Below, one piece after another: positions 24,801-35,703 of a stretch of 64,000 bases of DNA. The DNA comes from Fimbriosthenelais zetlandica (taxonomy: Eukaryota). Within the stretch, counting starts at the first letter, position 1, and each line of letters opens with the position of its first letter. The stretch spans positions 53,010,001-53,074,000 of the forward strand of contig OZ365110.1 of the NCBI GenBank assembly GCA_977030845.1, in the 5' to 3' direction. The notes under the pieces are model-generated. The model was not told where the DNA came from. It did not search any database and saw only the letters and a list, made by a program, of their open reading frames with translations. The position numbers were made by a program, and so were the translations under genes.

Positions 24801-27800
24801 GTAATAATATATGTAATAAAAAAACCCAGCTAGACCCGCCGTCCCACCTCCATCTAATGGTCGCCCCTATATCAATTTGTATTCATTCAGGTACATACTA
24901 ATCCTTAACACATATGGAAATTTGATTACCATCTCACTCTGGCATATTTATATGGAAAAGGGTTCAGTCCCCAAACCTTTCCCCTCTTAATCCCTTCTTT
25001 TATAATCTGTGTTCTTTTTTCCTATTCATATTATCAAAGGGACGTGTATGTTATGTGTCCGTGATATTATAAATTGAAGTGAATACCTGGTACTGTAGTG
25101 CTGAACATTTCTGGACTGGTCCGTATTCAGTTTCTACATTAGGCTCGTCCTCAGTCAAGAGGTATGACATCGCTGCCGTCCTTTTTATCTTTAGTTCTCT
25201 GATTTCGTCATTGTTGGCTAGGGGGATGCTGGAAAGTATACACAGTCTATGTACTGATTGGTAATATACACATAAATACAATGTTTAAAATGGACTAAAT
25301 ATGATGTATGTTTACTGTAATGTAGGCCTGCTTTTATGAACCATTTAATGATTAAGTTTGGATGAAATAAAGCAGGCTATAATCATCAGAGTATAAATGT
25401 ATCTTAATATTATTTACCTATGGATAGGGAAATTGGAAGTCACTGGCTTTCGCTTCCTTTCCTTTTCTGTGGCCGGATTGGCCATGACCAGTGATGTCGC
25501 TGGTTCTGGCCGAATGATTTTTCCCCTGGGTTTGTGCCACTGCTGGGGAAGGCTTGTACAGGATAGTGCATCAGGGCACTCAGCCAATTCTTGTTCTTGG
25601 TACTGGACGAGGGTCAAGAACAGTCCTATTACATGGGCACATGACCCTGCGAGACTGAAATAAGAAGGAAGTATTTAATGTTAAAATGATAGCAATGTAA
25701 ATAACAATATTGGTAGAGTGTTTAGGTATATGTTAACTTCTGCATTTCTTTCTGAAGATAATCTTACTAAGTGTACGGTACCTAGCAGGCCAAATATTTC
25801 AAGGTTTAGGCCAGTGCCTATATGAGCCTAAACTTAATTTCTTTTCTGACAATGAGAATATATATAGATCATCTAGTCCTATATTTCGTGTATGTGCCGG
25901 CTTATATATGGCATAAGCTTCGTTACAGACACATGTGTTAATTTAATCAATGGATGGAAAATAATTATTCCCCAAATAAAAAAAAATAGCCCACAAATAT
26001 TATGTCTGTTATTTTTTATTTGCGTCTGTTAACTAAAAAATAGATTGAATTAATGTAGATCTAGGCCCAGTTGAAAAGTTCATGTAGGCCTATAAAAAAA
26101 GGCTTTAAGTTTGAGCCTAGAATAGATGTAGGTAGGCCTACCGTCAAGCCTATTTCAGTACTCTACTACTAGTACTAGTACTACTAGCCTAACTTGGCCA
26201 ATGGAGACCAATATATGATTTTACTGCCTTGCAAAATTACTAGTTCAACAATTATATAGGCCCATTCTGATCAATGTATAATGAACTTAAACCCACACCT
26301 TTATTAAATTCGTTCCCCTTCATTAAACTTTAGGCCTATCTTGACAGGTAGGCCTTCACTAAGCTACAGAACCAGGCTACAAAAGGGGGCGGGGCATGGG
26401 CGGGCGGGGTCGGGGTGGCCCTGGTTTGGGAAGTTTGAGGGAAGCTGTCTGATGATTAAGAGGGAATGAAAGTCTGTCATCATCTTTTAATTATATAATT
26501 GAAATATATTTACCCTATGGTGCAGGAACAGGTGCTAAAAGTCACTTTCCTCTGGATTGTATTGATGTTTAAGTTCACTTTGTGGGGTTGCTCATGTTTT
26601 CTCATGCTCCGGTAGCATTCCGCTTTCACGCTGATGTCTCCCTCCGTTGGCTCCATTCGCACATTATGAATATACCCCAATAACGAATAATTAACTGCCC
26701 TGTCCCTAATCCTCGCTGATATCGCACTTTCAAAAAAATTTAAACTTAAATCCCCCGGCAAAACATCCACCCGCTTTGTTGTCATCTTGACGCTTGACCT
26801 AATAACGCGGCAAACGTCATCGCATACGTCATTGTTTGACCGAGGTCGGTCAGCGTCGTTAGGGGGATTCTACGTCGCTAAGGGGGGCGTGGCTACGCGG
26901 CGCGCTGGGAACCCTCTATTATCGCCCAGACCAAAGCTTCATCCGATATATCTATGTCATTTCATACAGTTACATTAAAATTTTAAATAAATATTCATAA
27001 AATCACACTTGCCACACATTCTCTACATTTGATCATGCCATAAACCCAAGGAGGTTGTCAAGAAGAGTCGAAATAGACTTTGTAGATTTAGGAAACGATC
27101 ATCCCTAAGCTCCATTGTGAAAGGTCAAGGTCACTAAGTCAGTTTACTTTCGTAAAAAAAAAAGTCAGTCAAAATGTGGCCATTGTGAAACAACTTGTAT
27201 TTTAAATTGTATGTTAATACCCCTGCAGTATTTAAATGTTATATTACCGGGATAGTTTTTGGCCAAAAGAAGTGCGAAACGGATCTTGACCACGGAGAGC
27301 TGCAGCCAGTGCAGGTCGCTTTGGAGACCGCCGATATGTCGACTCACTCCACTTCCACACCCCACCAAATCGCAAATAATTAACAAAACCACATAAAAAC
27401 TTGTAAGGATTCAGAAAAATATCCCTAAATCAGTATGGTGATATTTAATTTACATTCAATTCATAATTCTGAACAATATCCATGCAGGATTTGCAGCACG
27501 TCCTCCTGGAGAAAAAACTTGGCACAGTGCCAGACGCATGGAACGTTTGTGACACGGACATGTTAAAATCTAGTTATGGCCAAATAAAACGCCATAAATC
27601 ACGAATAAATAATTTTTAAAAATAAAAATAAATTAGACAGTGCAAATTTACACATGTTACTCCGTGTCGTATTAAGTTTCTATGCATTTATTCCACGGAG
27701 AAATGTATTTTATCATAAGTTGAACTTCAGTGTCAACAGTGAGGTGAAATAAAATCCCGGGCGATACCGGCGCGAGGGCCAAGTTATTGACGGCGCCTGC

Positions 27801-30800
27801 TCGGGCACGTGCCGCCAAGCGGTCACGGGGGCGAGGCGGTCTTGTTACAGTTACGCAACACCTAAGAATATTTAGTTTCACTCGATCTTACGATCTCGAG
27901 AAACGAAATAAAAATTACTTCTAGTCTAAGATATTAGATAGTGGTGTGCCACCTCAGATTGAAGGTCTCTGATCTCTTAGACCTGAATTAACACGGAATC
28001 ACCTAATTTAGAATAGAGGGAATAATAAAGAAATTACCTTAGGAATTAATACATTTGTGTTTGAAATGAATCCTGAATCAGAATCAAATCTAAATAGGTA
28101 GATCAACAATGCATAGTGACAAGCATGAGTTAACTCACCTCTGAATATCATTTTCTGTGAGATCTTGATGAATGGAAGCCACGTAGATACGGTTAAAGTT
28201 CTTGGCCTCCTCTGCCAACCTCTCAATGATAGGCTGAGCTTGTGGCATGTTACTCGGCCTACCGACCTAATAGAGAAAGGAAAATTCACCTCAGCATATT
28301 TTATTCACAGCAAAATAATGTTTTCCAAATGTATATACAAATAATTCTGGTTCACAATATGACTGAATAGGAATTCTTTCTCTATCCACTACCGCAAAAG
28401 GGGTCGGATAATTGAAGAACAATTTTTTTTTTCACAATATGACTGAGTTCCCAGAAGTGAAATTTTTGACGTGAAAATATTTAAGTGAAGTCATATGCCG
28501 CCTACCTTAATATTTCTTCCTCCAATCATGACCCCATTCATCTGTTCCAGGGCCAGGGAAGCAGCCTCTGGGATTTCGTACTCAATAAAGGCAAATCCTT
28601 TGTGTTTGTTGGTGACGGGGTCCCAGGAAAGGCTCACACTTTTGATCGGACCAAAGGGCAAGAAAGCTTGTTTGATGGTGTCTTCCTTGATTTCAAAATT
28701 GATACTTCCGACGTATATTCTACAAAGAAAACATTGGGATTAGATTTCTTCCTTTTTTAGTTTAATAAAATTACAGGATTTCAACTCTAATGCAAGTCAT
28801 TTCTGTAGTACACATGATTCGACTATTACATAATCCATTTCCTCAAATTTCAGAATGTAATTTTTTTTTATTTGCGTTTACTCTGGTTTCTACAATAAAT
28901 TAGTAGGTTTTCTGAACCAACAGTCAATCAGGGGTTTAGATAATTTTTTTCAGACTTGAGTACAGTACGCACCTCTTTACACGAACTTGCGTACAGTATA
29001 ATTTTTTTGTGCCCTTAGGTTTTGCTTAATTTATTCCTTCAATGTCAAATGGAATACACAGATGGATTTGGCACAGTAGACTACATTGTGTCAAGAATGT
29101 GTGCCTTATTAGGACCTGTTAAATGGTTTTTATATGCCTATTTGACGTAGCTTCAGATTAAAGAAAGTTATGGTACGCTTTCTAATGGAAAATCACTGCG
29201 TATTGTACGCCTAGCACAAGATCTGATGATGCGTATTTAGTGAGTGGGGAAGCGTATATACGCAAATACGCACGTTATCTAAATCCCTGGCCAATTCTTC
29301 CAAGTTATAAATCCATTCTAATTTGCTAGCTATATATAATTAATTACCTGTGATACCTGTGTAATAATATTGTAATTCAACTGACCTGCACATGAGTGCC
29401 AATGCCTGTTGTCGTTGGACTGTGTTCTGGAAGTTGAGCATCTGTTGTTGTTGATGGGCTATCGTCTGTTTCACCAGTACGCTCTTGATGCTTTGCTCCA
29501 TGGCGTACTTCTTGGCTTTCTGCACCGCCTCTTGCTGGTCGGTCGTAAGTTTGGGTAGTAGGAAGGGCTTCATGCTTTGTTTAGCTTCGTCGGATCCGGC
29601 CATGGGCACCTCTACAAAACCAAGACGAGAGTCAGAAGCCTGTTATCTATCACCATGGGGGCACTGCCTGTATTAAGGGAACTGGACTTACGTCGCATAG
29701 ACGTATGACGTGCTAGAGAGCGCCCAGGGTAAGGGAGGGTAATTATATCCCCCTTTATAATTAATTAAGTGGAAATGTCCCAAATGATACCCTAAGCTTG
29801 ACAGATTTAAAGGGGTTTTGGACTACCCAAGGCCCGGGGTTCCAGACCCCATTTCCCAGTCAAAAAAGAAAATTTGTTTTTTCCGCAGTGCTCCCCATGA
29901 AGATCCATTACTCCAAGTTTTTAGACAAATCGTTACCCTCTACTAAAGCAGTAGACCCCAACATCTAGGAAAAGGATTTTTAGAGAACAAGAGAATCCAT
30001 TACTTGTCCCTGTGTTTTGTCCCCAATAACCCAGGACTCTCTTTTTTCCTAGATTTCCAAACCCTTTGTGGATGGATTACTCAAACACCGCAGGAACCAA
30101 TAACATGGTACCATTTTGCCCTCACTTTGAGGTATTTTTCCACCAGTGGGTTTGGGTGATAGTATGTGAAAGTTGATGCGGGCAGGGCTAATGGAATGAT
30201 GCAGACACGATGGAGAGTGTGGTGTAGTAACATTGAATGGAGAATAAAATAGAAGTAGAGATATATATAGTATCGGCCGTGGGCAACTCAATCTTTACCG
30301 AGTGGCTGGTCATGTTTGTCACTGACGTTGGGAGCTGGTGCCCCATTCTGACTGAGTAGCTACAACCGTAAGTTGGCGGTGCCTACTTAATCCCCATTCT
30401 TTCCACGTCTCAAATTGCACCTCGCATTTTGGTCCGGACTGAATACATAAAAACACAGAAAAAGAGAAAAAGGAAAGAAATAAAACACATGTTAGACCAT
30501 GGGCGTCTCAGTCCGGGAAGGTAGGAGTACACACAATGCAACATCAGCTGTGGGAATGTATATTGACCCAACACGGGGCAGCAAGCGACAGTATCTCAAT
30601 AGACAAGATCATGTAGCAGTGTGAAAGATTATCAAAATCAATCAACTTTCATCCTATAACAGAATAGGCAATTTTTTTCCAATCCTTCACACAACTTCAT
30701 TTGTTATTCATATCGATACAAATACTTACTCTTTGGTATACTAGACATTATATAGTTACACTTTTAGGTATTTTAGCCACTTTTAACTTGTTTAAATACG

Positions 30801-33800
30801 ATTGAGCTGTCACCATCGGAAAGATGAGATACCATAGTTTTTACACGCAATCACAGAACATTGACACCAGGCAAGTTATATCAAAAGAAGGATCGCAGTG
30901 AATGTGTACAAGAAAAAAATCCTTGAAAAAATCAAAAAGAGATCGAAGTTGCCCTGGCGATCAGAGAGCCGCTTTGAGTTTGTCTAAGTGATCGTCTCGT
31001 CACCTGGCCAAGGGGAATTGCTTTGTGCCCTGAAAGACATGAATAGAAAAGATCTCCAAGGCATGTGCCCAAGCGTTCATCCACTTAATCATTTTTGAAC
31101 ATTTGGAAGGACGAGAAGCCATGACAATCAATGCTACCTGTATCTTCCCATATATAACCCTTTAAAGATAAGAATTTCACGAAAAACCGGAATGAGTAAG
31201 GTTCTAACAGTACATGCATAACCCTCCTCCCAATTCCCTGTTAACTTAAGCTGATTATTAAATTTGGTGCTGGTCTTTTACTTCTAAATTCTGTTATAAC
31301 GACTATTTGATTCTGATAAATGGTTACACAAGAGAGATCAAATGCTACACTGTTAGTTACATGAGCATGCTTCAATCTCCGTGAAAAGCATGTCAGCTAG
31401 GTTGGTAATGATAAACCCTGCTTCAGCTGAGTCTAAAGTTCGCTTTAGCATCCAAGACTTTAACGGAGCTGATATTGCTTGTCGGGCGGAGTGTGGGGAC
31501 AAGAGAAGCTCCTGCAAAACATAGATAAAACAGAGAGAAAAATCTGCATTAGTACCGAAGGTCCAAAATCCATCGTGCAATGGGTATATGATTGCAGTGG
31601 GGGAGACGGGAAAACCTTGTATTTTAGTATTTAAATTCATATTTTGCGCTTCCTAAGAGTAGGTTCTTATATCCTAATGGATATAGGTAAGATTAATCAA
31701 GTTTTTGTTCAACTATATCAGGCCAAATTATTCTGAGGGTAATCCAAATCGGATATCAAGGATTTAGTGCCAAAAGAGTTGCAATTAAGGACCCCAAAAT
31801 AACTAGTTATATAATCTATATAAATTTTAAATGTCAAGACCAATGACGTTGGATGCACTTCTTCCCAATTTTGAATTCAAGATTTAAATAGGTTTGACGC
31901 CCATGCATATGAAGTTGAGAGCCAATGCGAGAGCCCGCCGAGTGGAAAGCTGGTAATCGAACCACAAGGACTGCAAATGGATATTGGGGAAAGCTTTGTT
32001 TGGGTTCAAAGCGCCGAGACTCCAACCATCACTCCAACTGTCCTGAAAAAGCAACTGGAAAGAACATTTCACGGGAACAAGATATCACTCCTGTTTTGGT
32101 ATTATGTCCCGTTTAAACGCCCATCAGCCCTTGATCTTAACACCTAACACTTGATGATGTTGATGGAAATCACCCTGCCTTTATATATATCATAGTGAGT
32201 ATGCAATCTATTTAAAGCTAAATTTCTAGTCCATTTTCTTCGGTTTGGGTTTAAGAATTTCCATCGATCAGACATATTTCAAACCTCTTAACACTGAAGG
32301 AATCATTCATTTTTCCTCCGATATTAAAGAATCTTTTTCTGAATGATTTCCATTATAAACCAAAAAAAAAAAGTAATCTACCGAGACACAAAGGTAAACA
32401 GTGATAAACCTAGCACACAATATATCGAGGCATTGCTCACTGGCAGAGACAGAGATAGATGGTCATAAACGCAAGGGTAGCTATACCTCTCAAGTTTGTC
32501 TGTCCATAGGACCTGGAAAACACACAAAGAAGAACAGGTGGCATGACGTTAATAGTACAATCTCCTCAAGGAAGAGGAGCACGAAGGGGTCCCCTAAGGG
32601 GCTCACAAATATCACCCATATACCAAACAATATCTCCGCTTCTACAATATTGTTACGCCATGCATTTTGTGTGCGGAGAACTGTTTCTATGTAATTTTAT
32701 CCGTTCCATAAAGGAATATGGGGAAGTACTACAGTGGGCAATAATATAAATGTATATGCCTAGAATGCCAAGAACCTGACTAGGGTATGGCCATCGATCA
32801 CTGCACGCAAACCCAATATCATAAAGTGTATCATGAGGCGGACGCTGAAGCAGCAGTATTCAATTATATTTTTTAGCCTTTTTATCCGTTCAATGCTAGT
32901 AATAACAGCTAAATATTAATAATAAGGGGGATATTTATTGGACTATATCATATAGTAAAGATTTCAACTTGTTTTGATTTTAAATACTACTGCGATCAAC
33001 AAAGCCCCTAAAAAACGTATTTAAGTCGTTCTACCTAAGCCTGGTTCCAATTTCAGCATTTTGACGATCATCTCGCTCTCACTGTTGCCTGCGAGTCCCC
33101 CGAGTCCTAAACCGATCCCCATTGTGGCCATCGCCGCTACACCCTGAAGTGAAAGAGGGTAGGGTTAGTATTTATCAAACTTAATCAAAGAGATTGTTTA
33201 TGGCTTATGCAATTATGGCGTATTTGGTACAGTTGGTCGAAAACAAAAAAAATGAACATATATAGGCTATATACACCATTAAGACCTCATCTTTAAATTA
33301 AATAAAGGGATTTCAAATAATTATCTACCTTTTGTTTGGCCCAGATGATAACCAGGTATGAATGGGAGTATCCCAGTAAAAAACTACTACTACTAGTCTA
33401 GATCTACATGCACTTAAAGTTAGGCCTAGGATTTCACATAGGTTACTAATACACTAATACATAAACATCGGAACACTATATCTTAAAAATTATTCAATCA
33501 TGTGACCAAAACCACAAGTCAAAGTCGTTCTAACCTCCTCTTTTTTTCGCGTCACTGAGACTGACAGTGACACCAAATTCTAAAATGACTAAATGGGGGG
33601 TGGGGGATTCTTTAGCTCAGGTCAGCGTTAGCAGTAGTTAATTCTGCTGATCGATTAATATTTTGAGGTTTTGAAACAGTTCTTCATGCCAAATACTAGA
33701 ATCTAATAAAATAGATGGCCTAAAATGTTTATTTATCCCAGGATTTGCCTACTTGCCAATGTCAATCGACTATCAATGAATCAGAAAACCGGCGGTGCAT

Positions 33801-34017
33801 GCGTCTTGCTCAAACGAATTTGGCTATTTTCCCCCAAAGATTAAGCAATCCTGTACATACCAAGGTTTGTTTACGACCAGAAATTGGCGTAGATGAAGAA
33901 TACATTATAGTTATTCTAGTTACCGTAAACATAATAGTAAATATTAAAGTGTACACTTACATTCGCTCCTAAACCATTTGCCATGAACTGAATATCGGCG
34001 GGGTTAGTCGACGCCAT
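15840..34017 (-). CDS. PUF60: Poly(U)-binding splicing factor PUF60 / half-pint (about 615 aa, 12 constitutive exons)
   Basis: Exons 34017-33961, 33143-33035, 29611-29386, 28719-28506, 28266-28139, 18466-18395, 18092-17990, 17769-17659, 17453-17156, 16798-16549, 16285-16116, 15949-15840. All phases are compatible (1848 nt). Signature [29 protein letters not shown]1 ([16 protein letters not shown]), RRM2 ([23 protein letters not shown]), C-terminal UHM ([20 protein letters not shown]). Confidence 0.96.
15990..16068 (-). mobile_element. SINE family A 3' fragment in the last PUF60 intron
   Basis: tttt..gttagaatttttatagagcctgttatgggtgaataccagctcacactcttgattac matches the tail end of the copies at 41496 and 6167. 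Confidence 0.75.
18965..19520. mobile_element. MITE with 73-bp perfect TIRs at a TTAA site
   Basis: TTAA|GCCGGGCATCCACCTTTCCGATTTTTGTCGGATCC...; the first 73 bp are the exact reverse complement of the last 73 bp. TTAA on both flanks. Interior packed with ATCGG/CCGAT/GGATC motifs. Superfamily not determinable. Confidence 0.9.
19821..23939 (+). CDS. Transposase with N-terminal THAP zinc finger, coiled coil, HTH and Harbinger-type DDE domain (542 aa, 4 exons)
   Basis: Exons 19821-20018, 21235-21341, 21457-21539, 22699-23939 (1629 nt, phases 0/2/1, no stops). THAP C2CH completed across the first junction (CAYGRC..W..VCSK|HF). Catalytic motifs IIDCTE, MADKGF and [12 protein letters not shown]. 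Confidence 0.9.
21835..26785 (-). CDS. SWIM zinc finger plus YqaJ/lambda-exonuclease-like PD-(D/E)xK nuclease (484 aa, 4 exons)
   Basis: Exons 26785-26514, 25654-25418, 25246-25087, 22620-21835 (1455 nt, phases 2/2/0). SWIM CSCTIG|LAGSCAHV formed across junction 1, then [14 protein letters not shown]. Nuclease motifs [26 protein letters not shown] and [13 protein letters not shown]. Confidence 0.9.
24484..24867. mobile_element. Small MITE-like insertion nested in the ISL2EU-like element
   Basis: Imperfect inverted termini GGGGGCAACCATTA / TAATGGTCGCCCC in a TTA/TAT context. Contains a ~22-nt poly-G run (~24672-24693). No exact TSD. Confidence 0.5.
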
Positions 34018-34316
34018 TTTGTTGTTTGTCTCTCTTCTCGCAAATTCTCGTTCGAATGTGAATTCACTTAGACAAGAAAAATCCGAGATTTTCACATATT
34101 CTGATTCAAAAACAATATCTGACCCCAATATATGCCGGAATATTCCAGAAATTTATTTTTTAACGAAGTTATTTTGTGAAAAACACTAGAACGACCGGAG
34201 CGTCACTGTGCGGAGTGTGGTGAAAACAGGAAATCTTTTCCGGAAGTCAGCCACCGGAAGTAAGGCACAACGTGGTTTGATAGTTTGATTCTTCGCACGC
34301 TTCTACACAAGTCAAA
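34018..34316. promoter_or_regulatory. Bidirectional PUF60/NHP2 promoter (299 bp between start codons)
   Basis: Divergent ATGs at 34017 (-) and 34317 (+). Tandem ETS-like CCGGAAGT at 34240-34247 and 34254-34261. YY1-like CGCCATTTT overlaps the PUF60 ATG. Confidence 0.75.
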
Positions 34317-35703
34317 ATGGGAAAAGAAAATAAGGAAAAGAGGAAATCAGTAGCAGATGAAGACGATACAAAAGAGGAGCGATGGGAGGAATTAGTTGGA
34401 CAAGTAGGACCGATCGCCAATCCTTTAGCTTCCCGAAAATTGACCAAGAAAATCTTCAAAGTCGTGAAAAAAGGTAAGTTCATGGCTACAGTGCCTACAC
34501 TGTCACTGTGCCACTACCTACCAGGTAGGCCTACCGGTATACTAACCCGTATTATAGTACTAGCCCAGCTAGGCCTACACTATAGGCCTACATATCTTAT
34601 AATCTACTCAATACTGTACTGGCTGATAATCATAAAAAAGAGTACAGCTTACTGGCACTAAATGTATTAATTAATGTATTAATTAATGTATTAAATATTA
34701 ATAATTTGTCTTTTCAGCTCAGAAACAAAAGCAGGTACGGAAGGGTATCCGTGAAGTACAAAAATTTGTCCGGAAAGGCGAAACTGGGTGAGTTCAGAAG
34801 TAGGCCAGGCAGGCTGGTTTGGTTTTAAAATTCAGACTTAACATTATTTGGGTGAATACACATAATTACAACTGATATATATTATATATTAAGACGGATT
34901 ATTTTGATTTAGGTTATTATTAAATTAATTAGTAGGCTAGATAACACCTTAAGAGTGTTGTGAATTCATTGTCCAGAAAGTCCCTAACTTTGTCCAGATT
35001 GTCTTTTTATTTGTCCAGATCGAGCGAGGCTTTACCTATCTTCTAACTGAAGATTTAAGGATAATAAATATTATAATTACAAATCATTGGTTGCGTGCCC
35101 CAAAGCAGGAAAATAGTACGGTAGCTCAAGTAATTCAGCATCGTATTTGGTTACTGAAGCTATAAATCTTTTTCAGGTTGATCATCTTTGCTGGCAATAC
35201 AAGTCCAGTAGATGTTATTTGCCATATGCCAATGGTTTGCGAAGAGAAGGACATTCCATACTGCTATGTTCCATCAAAAGAGGTGTGTAACAACAAAGAT
35301 TACCATTCCTCACACGTACCGTAATTGTAGGCGATTTGATATATTAAGACTGGTACTACTTAAAGTAGTATGCGAAATATATTTCTCAGATATGATTTTA
35401 TGTTCATGATTTCTAAGTTAATTTTTACCATGACTAGCACTGGGAAATGTTTTATTTGTGCCACAGTGCTCAATGTTTAAGTTAGACCAGAGTAAGGCCT
35501 AATGATCCGTCGATTGTATAAGTGAGAAGGTAGCCAAAGGTCGTGTCTTCACATTAACGATATTCATCCATTTCTAGGATCTCGGCCTTTCAACTGGCTC
35601 GCGTCGCCCAACCTGTATGTTGATGATCAAGCCACATGAAGATTACCAGGAGCTGTACGACTCGTGTTATGAGGAAGTCAAATCCCTCCCTTTACCCGTC
35701 TAA
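34317..35703 (+). CDS. NHP2: H/ACA ribonucleoprotein subunit NHP2 (152 aa, 4 exons)
   Basis: Exons 34317-34473, 34718-34787, 35177-35282, 35578-35703 (459 nt). L7Ae-family motifs [45 protein letters not shown] and [20 protein letters not shown] at 35822. Confidence 0.95.
35431..35556 (+). ncRNA. Candidate intronic H/ACA snoRNA in NHP2 intron 3
   Basis: Hairpin AGCACTG..CAGTGCT, ANANNA boxes (AGACCA/AGAGTA ~35484-35494), second stem GGCCT..AGGTC, and ACA at 35551-35553. Size ~126 nt. The second hairpin is weak and no target was identified. Confidence 0.3.

Larger units (their letters stand above)
19613..26917. mobile_element. Autonomous ISL2EU-like (PIF/Harbinger-related) DNA transposon, 7305 bp, in PUF60 intron 5
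   Basis: AT|AGAGGGTTCCCAG ... CTGGGAACCCTCT|AT: 13-bp perfect TIRs with AT duplication. Encodes a THAP-HTH-DDE transposase (+) and a SWIM-YqaJ nuclease (-). This pairing is characteristic of ISL2EU elements (family knowledge). Confidence 0.92.

Noticed and set aside
27400-27900. GC-rich stretch right of the ISL2EU-like element (possible promoter or further transposon)
   Set aside because: No termini, TSD, splice structure or meaningful ORF could be defined. Probably a repeat remnant, but unsupported.
32042-32054. Third alternative acceptor pair in PUF60 intron 2
   Set aside because: Acceptor-like motifs are present, but no plausible donor or poly(A) site could be paired with them.
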